Shown piece by piece: positions 51,418-58,696 of a stretch of DNA of 61,592 nucleotides. The stretch lies in the IMG/VR virus record IMGVR_UViG_3300012929_000002; one strand, written 5' to 3'. Each line of letters starts with the position of its first letter. Position 1 is the stretch's first letter. The notes under the pieces are model-generated. The model saw only the letters and a program-made list of their open reading frames with translations. It searched no databases and was not told where the DNA came from. The DNA is from a virus. The position numbers were made by a program, and so were the translations under genes.

Positions 51418-52142
51418 TGAATCAGTGTAGTCATTGCGGCAAGGAGCACAGTTACAGTAACCGGGCGTGCAGGATGGCCAATCCTACTCTGACGCCTCCG
51501 GCTCCGGACGAGTTTCATAGGGAGGCCGCCAAGCACGCACTCCGGCCGCACACAACGGCGCTACAAAATAGGCCGTCAAAGATGAAGGCTAACAGAGCCA
51601 GCGAGAAGCAAGTGAACTACGTACTAAACTTGCTGGACAGGGTGATCGAGAAGATCCCGGAGCTGCGAGAAGGCGCCGCCCTGCTGCGCGAGACTGTTAA
51701 CGGAGCGGTTGCGGCCGGAACTTACACCAAAGATCAGGCCAGTAAGATGATCGACAACATGACCGCCGAACTGGCCAAGGCTCCGAAGCTCGAGCCTACG
51801 TCGAAGGCGGAAGAAGCTCCGAAACCTCAGATCATTCATCTGGGGATGTACTACTACGACGGCAAGGCATACCGCGCGAAGAAGTCCCAGCGCTCCGGCG
51901 GCTTCTATGTGGAGGAGCTGCTCCTAGAGCCGAAGCCCGCGTTCGTCTATGCTCGAGGCGTGGTTAAGAACATTACGCCCGAACACAAGATGCCTCCCGA
52001 GCAGGCGGCGATGTTCAGCAAGAACGTTGGGGCGTGCCTTAATTGTCTGCGCGAGCTAACCGCCAACGAGAGTCTCCGTCGGGGTTACGGTCCGGTCTGT
52101 GCCGCCCGGCACGGCTGGCCCTATGACAGCAACGCCGACTAA
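51414..52142 (+). CDS. Hypothetical protein with an N-terminal CxxC and a C-terminal DUF6011-like motif
   Basis: C-terminal CLNCLRELTANESLRRGYGPVCAARHGW matches the CxxCxxxLT...S...GxGPxC pattern I recall for DUF6011. In frame within track ORF 51108..52142. Confidence 0.5.
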   Translation: MMNQCSHCGKEHSYSNRACRMANPTLTPPAPDEFHREAAKHALRPHTTALQNRPSKMKANRASEKQVNYVLNLLDRVIEKIPELREGAALLRETVNGAVAAGTYTKDQASKMIDNMTAELAKAPKLEPTSKAEEAPKPQIIHLGMYYYDGKAYRAKKSQRSGGFYVEELLLEPKPAFVYARGVVKNITPEHKMPPEQAAMFSKNVGACLNCLRELTANESLRRGYGPVCAARHGWPYDSNAD

Positions 52143-52151
52143 GGAGAAGGC

Positions 52152-52304
52152 ATGTACGAGGATGCGCATCTGGAAGCGGACTACGAGGACCGCAATGGGG
52201 AGGTCGACTGGCGCAATTACGTCGGAGTGCCCTTCCTGGAGCCCTGGAACGAGTACGAGGAATTGGTCGGGCCAGACAACGACGAAATTGAGGAAGACGA
52301 ATGA
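52152..52304 (+). CDS. Small acidic protein (50 aa)
   Basis: AAGGAG RBS. The stop overlaps the next start (ATGA). Below the track cutoff. Confidence 0.45.
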   Translation: MYEDAHLEADYEDRNGEVDWRNYVGVPFLEPWNEYEELVGPDNDEIEEDE

Positions 52305-52699
52305 TAAACGGAGCCATCTTTTTTAAGTACCAGAAGAACGAGCACTGGAAATTCGGTGGATTCACCGCCTTCGAGAACTTCGAGGTGGCCACCTTCCGGG
52401 TTGAGAATCCCGACGGAGAGCTTCTGATGGTCGACCTGGATAACCTCCTCAAGTCCGTCGCGAATCCGATCCCCGGAGCAGGTAGCGCTGATGACGTCAC
52501 GTTGGATGACAGGGTCATCATGACTTGCGTCCATCTGGACGACGGGCGGATCGTGGACGTGTTCCCGGCCTCGGGCGAAGTCCAGGTCTATACCGAAGAC
52601 CGCAAGCGTGGTTACGAACTGACATTGCCAGAGCCCGAGAAGGCGTACGATCCTGTAGAGGCTGGTTGCGGGCTCGTGGAACTCCGCAGGATCAGTTAG
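52301..52699 (+). CDS. Hypothetical protein (132 aa)
   Basis: Track ORF with natural-looking composition. The antisense ORF 52217..53002 is rejected. Confidence 0.55.
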   Translation: MINGAIFFKYQKNEHWKFGGFTAFENFEVATFRVENPDGELLMVDLDNLLKSVANPIPGAGSADDVTLDDRVIMTCVHLDDGRIVDVFPASGEVQVYTEDRKRGYELTLPEPEKAYDPVEAGCGLVELRRIS

Positions 52700-52918
52700 A
52701 ACTTCCGTCGCAGTGGCGTCTGCGGCGGATGTGTCGGTGAGGTGATCCATCTTCCCCCTTTGGAACACCAACACCCGACTGGAGGAGCGAGAGGCGGGCC
52801 GTACTCCTGCCTCTGTAAGAGGGCCTTTGCCGGTCGTTGTGCAGCTACCGCCGGTAAAGTGTAGAAAAGATCGCACCCCTCCGCTCCACTTCAAAGTAAG
52901 CTCACAATAAGGAGAGTC

Positions 52919-53197
52919 GTGATGGTCATGTTCGTAATTGCCGTCTGCTGGGGCGGAGCCGTTTTGGCGGTACTGCGCACGAGGGCCGGCATTCGCGTTC
53001 ATGATTTCATTTATGACATTGCCATCATCGCGGTGTACGCCTCTCTGATGGCGCTGGTGACCACCACAGTCCTAACTATGTTCACGCGGTGGGGTAATAC
53101 GATGGGTGCCTATGTGATGGCCCAGTTCGGCCTTGTGGCGGGGATGTTGGCACTGCTCCTAATCTCGGCGGGCGCACTGCGTGGGCCAGTGCAGTAA
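52919..53197 (+). CDS. Membrane protein (92 aa, 3 TM)
   Basis: AAGGAGAG RBS. Hydrophobic. Confidence 0.55.
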   Translation: MMVMFVIAVCWGGAVLAVLRTRAGIRVHDFIYDIAIIAVYASLMALVTTTVLTMFTRWGNTMGAYVMAQFGLVAGMLALLLISAGALRGPVQ

Positions 53198-53239
53198 GCT
53201 ATAGGGCGGTCGGGGGCTTTTCCGATAAGGAGATATGCC

Positions 53240-53767
53240 ATGATCGCTACACTCTTGTGGATGTCGGTTTCTGGTGCGTTCACGGTTTGGGTGTGCACGC
53301 TTGTGAGTTGCCCTACTCCTCCCGGATATATTGGTCAGCATCGCTATACCGGGGAAAAGAAGCAGTGGCTCGTGTACGGATTATCAGAGGGCTTCGTAGC
53401 CCAGATACAGACATGGAATGGAGAAGACGGTGAAGGTACATCTGAGGAAGCTCGACACCGCCTGGCGGAGGAGCGTGTCGCATTATCGGGAGGGAGAGAA
53501 GTTGAGTCCGCCGCCCTCGTTGATGCGCAGTATCCGATCGGGGTCTCGCCGGCAAGAGAAGGTTCTGGTTCGTGCGGTGACGAAGTTCATGCATCGAGCC
53601 GAGGAGTGGAAGAGCGTTCTGTCCAAAACTTCAGATATGCCACGATCGTGGCCTACGCTCAACCTGTCTATCTTGGGGGAGAGTATCCCGCAGAAGACTT
53701 CCGACGCGTTCTCGTCGACCACCTCGTCACAGCCGGTGGCCGTGACCCTGTCCTCGCCAACGCATGA
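53240..53767 (+). CDS. Hypothetical protein with an N-terminal TM/signal segment (175 aa)
   Basis: AAGGAGA RBS. Track ORF. Confidence 0.5.
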   Translation: MIATLLWMSVSGAFTVWVCTLVSCPTPPGYIGQHRYTGEKKQWLVYGLSEGFVAQIQTWNGEDGEGTSEEARHRLAEERVALSGGREVESAALVDAQYPIGVSPAREGSGSCGDEVHASSRGVEERSVQNFRYATIVAYAQPVYLGGEYPAEDFRRVLVDHLVTAGGRDPVLANA

Positions 53768-53786
53768 GGATCCTCCGAATGAATGG

Positions 53787-53966
53787 ATGGAGAAGCCTAC
53801 TCCGCTTACGGACGAGATCGTTATCGGCTACTCCGAAGATTTCCTGAGTGGTCTGCTCTGTGACCGCTTGAGGGAGCTGGCCAAGGAGCACGGTATCACA
53901 GGCTACAGCAAGATGCGTAAGGCCGAACTGGTGACCGCGCTGAGGAGCGTAGAGACGAGGTCGTGA
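53787..53966 (+). CDS. Small Rho_N/SAP-like (HeH) protein (59 aa)
   Basis: Only the 3' part of track ORF 53418..53966 is taken. LRELAKEHGITGYSKMRKAELVTALRS matches the Rho N-terminal HeH pattern. Confidence 0.45.
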   Translation: MEKPTPLTDEIVIGYSEDFLSGLLCDRLRELAKEHGITGYSKMRKAELVTALRSVETRS

Positions 53967-54076
53967 AAAATCTTATATTCTGGCTGGCGTTTATTTCCGT
54001 CGTCGTGATTCTCGGATGGATTTTAGTGAATTATGGGGCGCACGGTTGTTTGGAGACATGCCGCTTTAGCGGGTAG
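53963..54076 (+). CDS. Hydrophobic micro-ORF (37 aa)
   Basis: GTGA overlap with the upstream stop. VKNLIFWLAFISVVVILGWILVNYG... Confidence 0.3.
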   Translation: MKNLIFWLAFISVVVILGWILVNYGAHGCLETCRFSG

Positions 54077-54081
54077 GGTAC
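54071..54081 (+). promoter_or_regulatory. GGGTAGGGTAC motif 20 nt upstream of the 54099 start
   Basis: Exact 11-mer shared with 48546 and 48604. Confidence 0.45.
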
Positions 54082-54098
54082 AATTGGAGGGCTGAGCA

Positions 54099-54353
54099 GT
54101 GACGGAAAATGAGCAAGTGATAAAGGCCAGCAATCAACTGGAGAAGCTGGCGCCATTGGTGGACAAGGTAGTGGCGGATCTGCTCGAGGACGTCGCTCAA
54201 GGTGTCCGCAGTGAGCTATCGTATGCAAGAGTGTACGATCTTCACTGGCGGATTGGAATAATTATTGATCAGATGAGTGCCAGAGGGTCGACCCACCTAG
54301 TTGACCTCGTTGAAATCAGGCAGAGCAACGATCGTTGGCTCAAGGAGGGCTGA
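54099..54353 (+). CDS. Hypothetical protein (84 aa)
   Basis: GGAGGGCTGAGCAGTG initiation cassette with a GTG start. Confidence 0.55.
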   Translation: MTENEQVIKASNQLEKLAPLVDKVVADLLEDVAQGVRSELSYARVYDLHWRIGIIIDQMSARGSTHLVDLVEIRQSNDRWLKEG

Positions 54354-54356
54354 GCA

Positions 54357-55433
54357 GTGGCGGAAGAGAAGATTCTGGATCGGGTGGCCAAGCTGCTCGA
54401 GCGGGCGAACCACAAGAATACCGATGCACCGGAGCGGGACGCCTGCCTGAAGAAGGCGGACTCGCTCATGATGCAGCACCAGATCGACCAGGCGATGCTG
54501 TCCGCTCGCACAGCGGGTCGCAGCGCTCCGGTAGAGCCGGTCGTGACCGAGGCCGTCTTTGTTCCTCAATCCGACGAGTTCTATGGGGTATTGGCGTCTG
54601 TTGTTGGCGTGTTCATGCGTCTCTGCAAGATCAGAGCCATCGTTTTGACCGGCTATGAACGTGACGAATACGGCCAGTTCGTGTATCGCGATGACGAGTT
54701 GGTTCAGAAGTGTACTCTGAAGATTTGTGGATTCCCAGACGACGTGGAGTACTTTCGCATGTTGTGGACGGGTGCCTTTCTAGTTTTCTCGTCCAAGCTG
54801 TATCCGCGCTGGGATAACGCGCACACGCTCGCCTGGAACGTCCGGCATCAGAAGGAGTCCGGAACCAAGTGGGGCGGCATCTACGACTTGGCCAAGGCCA
54901 ACGGCTGGTCGGGCTACCGGCGGGCCGGCAAGGTGCCGGTGGACACGCCCGTAGTCGACACGGAACTGGATGACTTCTCGGAACGTAGTAAGGAATGGGA
55001 TATTCCGCCTGCCTGGTCACACCCAGTAGCTCGCTGCCCGGCGGATAACGGTTACTTCAAGAGGCTGTATAAGCTTCAGTGCACGCTTGACGGAGTAGAA
55101 GCCACCAATCATACTCAGCGGAACGCGGCATATCGCGAAAGCTACGCCTACGGCTTCCTGGCGGAGATCCAGATGAGGGTTATCGGCATGGAGAGGATTA
55201 GGCAACAGCACGTGGCTAGCGTCGGCGGTGCGCAAGTCGCGTTGCGGGACAGGAGCCTAATCGTTCTTGACTTCTTCCAGAAGATGTTCCCGAGCTCAGA
55301 GAGTATCGAGTCAACCCGCCGGCATGGCGTGGAAGACGCGGGTAGTGCCGCCGGCCACCTGGCGGGTAAGAATGTGGATCTGCTCGGCGGGCGTAATCGT
55401 ATGGGTGGAGAAAAGCGAGCTTTGGAGGGATGA
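54357..55433 (+). CDS. DUF2786-domain protein (358 aa)
   Basis: N-terminal ILDRVAKLLERANHKNTDAPERDACLKKADSLMMQHQID matches the DUF2786 pattern I recall. Same initiation cassette as 54099. Confidence 0.55.
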   Translation: MAEEKILDRVAKLLERANHKNTDAPERDACLKKADSLMMQHQIDQAMLSARTAGRSAPVEPVVTEAVFVPQSDEFYGVLASVVGVFMRLCKIRAIVLTGYERDEYGQFVYRDDELVQKCTLKICGFPDDVEYFRMLWTGAFLVFSSKLYPRWDNAHTLAWNVRHQKESGTKWGGIYDLAKANGWSGYRRAGKVPVDTPVVDTELDDFSERSKEWDIPPAWSHPVARCPADNGYFKRLYKLQCTLDGVEATNHTQRNAAYRESYAYGFLAEIQMRVIGMERIRQQHVASVGGAQVALRDRSLIVLDFFQKMFPSSESIESTRRHGVEDAGSAAGHLAGKNVDLLGGRNRMGGEKRALEG

Positions 55434-55546
55434 TGGAGGGGATACTGGTGAGCTTCTATGTGTACTGTGGGGTCCTTCTCATACAGCTCATCAGAATGCT
55501 CAGCGAGAGCATGGACCTGTTTAACCTTCTAGTACTAGGAATGTGA
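55430..55546 (+). CDS. Hydrophobic micro-ORF (38 aa)
   Basis: ATGATG overlaps the upstream stop. MMEGILVSFYVYCGVLLIQLIRML... Confidence 0.3.
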   Translation: MMEGILVSFYVYCGVLLIQLIRMLSESMDLFNLLVLGM

Positions 55547-55552
55547 GGGTAA

Positions 55553-55993
55553 ATGCAAATATTCGGGATGCACACGAAGTCGAGTCGCCAACACTACTTC
55601 AACGAGTCATTGCCCGAGCTAACATTCTGCGGCTTGCGCAGGCTAGGTAAGATGCGCGTTATTACAGAATGGCGCGGAGTGGACTGCGGTAACTGTATCG
55701 CCACTCACGCCACAGGAGGAGTAGACACTAGCTTTATTCCAGACGAGGAGCGCGGCGAGATCTGCGCCGATAGTGGCGAGGGCGGCACCGTCACTTATTG
55801 GGAGATGGTAGAGCTGGCAGACGGGTCCTTCTACGCTTACGCGCTTGATAGGCAGGGCCAACGGCTCATCGGTGCCCCTACGGTAGAATGGGAGAAGCTG
55901 CTGGATAGTTTGAGCGCGCCCTTGCGCAAGGCCGACCTGGCGGAGATACGAATTAAGTGGCTGGACGCGCGTCTGGCTGAAGGCGACCTTTAG
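55553..55993 (+). CDS. Hypothetical protein (146 aa)
   Basis: Track ORF with GAGGG upstream. Confidence 0.55.
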   Translation: MQIFGMHTKSSRQHYFNESLPELTFCGLRRLGKMRVITEWRGVDCGNCIATHATGGVDTSFIPDEERGEICADSGEGGTVTYWEMVELADGSFYAYALDRQGQRLIGAPTVEWEKLLDSLSAPLRKADLAEIRIKWLDARLAEGDL

Positions 55994-56002
55994 GAGCGAG
56001 TC

Positions 56003-56356
56003 ATGCCTGCTGGGCACCGTGCCGCCAAGGCGGGCAGGTCTCTCATAGAGCGCATGTGGGGATTGCTAGACGAAGTGATGGACAGTCTCATGGGGTCGGG
56101 GCTGGCGGAAGAGGACACATATCATATCCGCGGTAGGGCGTATGGCATCGCACAGTGCCTAGCGCTGATGACGGATCCAATACACGCAAACGTGGACGAC
56201 GTGCGGGAGCGCGCGATGGAAAGATGGAGGGCGAGACAAAATGGTGGCGGCATCGCGCATCCGGGAGACGGTCGGCATATCGAAACGGGCGCCGAACTTG
56301 AGGCGGCAGTCGAGCGTAAGCGTAGACGAGGACAAACCGGCGTACGAACCGAGTAA
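56003..56356 (+). CDS. Hypothetical protein (117 aa)
   Basis: AGGAG RBS. Track ORF. Its 3' end overlaps the next ORF by 116 nt. Confidence 0.5.
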   Translation: MPAGHRAAKAGRSLIERMWGLLDEVMDSLMGSGLAEEDTYHIRGRAYGIAQCLALMTDPIHANVDDVRERAMERWRARQNGGGIAHPGDGRHIETGAELEAAVERKRRRGQTGVRTE

Positions 56357-56855
56357 GATTCTCAAGCTCAGAGAGGCGTGTGCAGAACACGGCTGGGAAA
56401 TATACGAGGACTGGTTCGGGGAGAACTATCGAGTTAAAGCCTGGCGGAATGACGGTGAGGAAAGGCTTCTGCTCATTTGGCGGGATCGATACTTCTCCGC
56501 CGAGGAGAGCTGGTATGAACTCATCGAGGTCCGTAGGAAGCGCGTTAACAATCAGGCTGAAGCTGTTAGATGGGTGCAGGATACTCCGGACTATACTCAT
56601 TCCAAAGAGATAGTTCGCGATGTGTTTGACTGGTCGGACTACACGGACATTGAAGTAAAGAAGTCTCTGTCGGGCAGGAAAATAACGTGGCAGAACGCCT
56701 ACACGGGAGAGCACGAGTCGGCGGTTATACCTCGTAAGGGATATTGGACGGAGGTAAGGAAAAGTTCTGCGGGTAGAAGGTACATTACCTTCGCCGATGT
56801 GGCCGGGACAGGTTTTCGGAGCGTGGGATTGGACGCGATAACTCGTATCAGATAG
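56241..56855 (+). CDS. Hypothetical protein (up to 204 aa; true start uncertain)
   Basis: Track ORF. The 5' part overlaps 56003..56356 and I could not place a better start. Confidence 0.45.
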   Translation: MVAASRIRETVGISKRAPNLRRQSSVSVDEDKPAYEPSKILKLREACAEHGWEIYEDWFGENYRVKAWRNDGEERLLLIWRDRYFSAEESWYELIEVRRKRVNNQAEAVRWVQDTPDYTHSKEIVRDVFDWSDYTDIEVKKSLSGRKITWQNAYTGEHESAVIPRKGYWTEVRKSSAGRRYITFADVAGTGFRSVGLDAITRIR

Positions 56856-56865
56856 GAGTTGAAAA

Positions 56866-56955
56866 ATGACTCGGAAGTCTTTCCTATCTTTGTGCTCTTT
56901 GGCCTTGGCGATAGATATCACCATCGTGTGGGCAGTCCTTACATTTATTAAATAG
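56866..56955 (+). CDS. Hydrophobic micro-ORF (29 aa, MTRKSFLSLCSLALAIDITIVWAVLTFIK)
   Basis: AGGAG lies 7 nt upstream of the ATG. Confidence 0.3.
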   Translation: MTRKSFLSLCSLALAIDITIVWAVLTFIK

Positions 56956-56967
56956 GAAGAGAAATAG

Positions 56968-57414
56968 ATGCAAGACGTGAACTTCGCAGAAAAGATCCTT
57001 CTGCGAGTGCGAGACCACTTCCCGCAAGAGTATCCGTTGAACGTGTACCAGTTCGCGGACGTGCTCATAGAGCTTGGAATGGAGGCTCGGAAAACCGACA
57101 CGCTCATGTTGGCCCAACGATTGCTAGACGCCGGAGCGTACCTCAATCAGTACGGAGTGGCGCAGGATCTTCAGCCCGAAGAGAGGCCGTCGGTGCCGTT
57201 GATGTTCCGGTTGTGGTACCGCCTACGCGGCAAGGAGGTATACGAAATCCCTGCTCCGATCGACATCGTTTTCACCGGGCCGCCAGGTCCCGGTAACGAA
57301 TGTGTATTCGTGGAGGTGGAACAAGCCGGAAGATCTATCAGTACGGGTAAGATGTCCTGGATAGATCGGCAGGACGGTACCGTAGCGCTCCGCCTGCCGG
57401 GACACTTCCACTAA
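56968..57414 (+). CDS. Hypothetical protein (148 aa)
   Basis: Track ORF with AGGAAGAG upstream. Confidence 0.55.
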   Translation: MQDVNFAEKILLRVRDHFPQEYPLNVYQFADVLIELGMEARKTDTLMLAQRLLDAGAYLNQYGVAQDLQPEERPSVPLMFRLWYRLRGKEVYEIPAPIDIVFTGPPGPGNECVFVEVEQAGRSISTGKMSWIDRQDGTVALRLPGHFH

Positions 57415-57423
57415 GGAGAGGGA

Positions 57424-57807
57424 ATGGACAAGATTCAGATAGAGATTTTGGTGGGTGAGTGGACTCAGTCTCGATCCATTCTGCCGGCTAGCCCCGTATT
57501 GGTACCAATATTCACAGCTATGGTAACGGGGCCGGACGTCTCTTCTGCGGTTAATCAAGTAACGGCGCATTTGGAGGATCTGCTTTCCGCTCGGGACTTC
57601 CAGGAATCTGAGGCAATTCTACAAAAGAAGCAGGCGGAGGAAAACCTTCGCAATAGGGTCTCTGAAGAGAACGAGGCCGCCAACAAACTCTTGACCGAAG
57701 AGTTACGCGAAGCCGGATACATCCTCCTCCGGAGGGACGGGAAGATAACAGGAGTATTTCATCCGGAAGAAAAGGGGCCAAAGGGCAAGTCCGAGGAGTC
57801 CGCATGA
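57424..57807 (+). CDS. Hypothetical protein (127 aa)
   Basis: AAGGAGAGGG RBS. Track ORF. Confidence 0.55.
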   Translation: MDKIQIEILVGEWTQSRSILPASPVLVPIFTAMVTGPDVSSAVNQVTAHLEDLLSARDFQESEAILQKKQAEENLRNRVSEENEAANKLLTEELREAGYILLRRDGKITGVFHPEEKGPKGKSEESA

Positions 57808-58643
57808 CCGCTCTCACGAATATCGACATGTACGACTCTACCGTTCCGGCTAACATTCCTGCCGGAGCTAAGTACGTGGCCGGCTATGTGGACGGCGCCT
57901 GGCCGTGGATGCGCACTCATCCGAACCTATTTCCCAACGCAACCAAACTGACCTTCTGTGTATTCGCGTCGAGTCGAGCGCGTTGCTTAGATGTCGAGAA
58001 GGGAAACGCGACTCCAGCACAAGCCCCCGGCTGGGTTAAGGCGGAACGCGCGGCTGGAGAAGATCCGTGGGTTTACTGCTCTCGTCTCGGAACGTACGGT
58101 TGGCAGGCAGTGCAAGACGCCTTCAACGCGCAGCACGTTGCTCATCCGTGGTATTTTATCGCGGACTACACCACACCGCGCGGTACGCTGTTAGTGCTCA
58201 ATGGCCATACGGCAATAGCTCATCAGTATGCGGACAGGGGTCCGTATGATGTTTCTGTCCTGACCGATACCGCAATCGCACTACTAGGAGGAACCGTGGC
58301 AACACTGGACGCAGACGATCACAAGGCAATCCAAGCTGATCTCTGGGAAGTTCTTACCAGCGATACGCTTCGCTTCGACGGGCGCAACTTCGCAGACATG
58401 GGAGTTCAGACTGTTCGTACGGGATTCGGTAATCAGGCGTCTCTCGCAGCGCTAACCGGCGCGCTCTCCGCGGACGAGGCGGCATTGCTCGGGGCCATCC
58501 GGAGCGGTAATGCAGATCTAGCCACGGCCATCACTAAGGTACAGACCGGACAGCCGATCACACCGGAGCAGGTGGCGGCTATCGAAGCCGCGCTAATCGC
58601 GGCTCTCCCCAGCTATAATGTCACGATTACTCCTTCCAAGTAG
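57804..58643 (+). CDS. Glycoside-hydrolase-like (DUF1906/Rv2525c-like) protein
   Basis: YVAGYVDGAWPW...CLDVEKGNATPAQAPGW...PWVYCS...WYFIADY...AHQYADRGPYDVSV follows the layout I recall for that family. Not verified. Confidence 0.35.
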   Translation: MTALTNIDMYDSTVPANIPAGAKYVAGYVDGAWPWMRTHPNLFPNATKLTFCVFASSRARCLDVEKGNATPAQAPGWVKAERAAGEDPWVYCSRLGTYGWQAVQDAFNAQHVAHPWYFIADYTTPRGTLLVLNGHTAIAHQYADRGPYDVSVLTDTAIALLGGTVATLDADDHKAIQADLWEVLTSDTLRFDGRNFADMGVQTVRTGFGNQASLAALTGALSADEAALLGAIRSGNADLATAITKVQTGQPITPEQVAAIEAALIAALPSYNVTITPSK

Positions 58644-58696
58644 AGGGAAGGTGATCGTCATCATCGACAGGGATTATTAACAGAGAGGGAGAACAG

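Noticed and set aside
52217-53002. 261-aa minus-strand ORF spanning 52301..52699 and the following intergenic region
   Set aside because: It is antisense to a natural-looking + strand gene. The composition is poor and there is no supporting context. An internal ATG with an AGGGGGAAG upstream caught my eye, but it still runs entirely antisense.
53418-53966. Full-length 182-aa ORF overlapping 53240..53767 in another frame
   Set aside because: The 5' two-thirds is Ser/Arg-rich and overlaps a better gene that has a strong RBS. Only the 3' part (53787..53966), which encodes a recognisable HeH module, was kept. A +1 fusion at GCA-UGA was considered, but the site offers no tRNA re-pairing.
56088-57146. 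352-aa minus-strand ORF, the longest antisense ORF in the track
   Set aside because: It runs antisense to four well-supported + strand genes that have RBSs. It has Arg/Ser/Pro/Phe-heavy junk composition and no RBS. Every supported gene in the genome is on the + strand.
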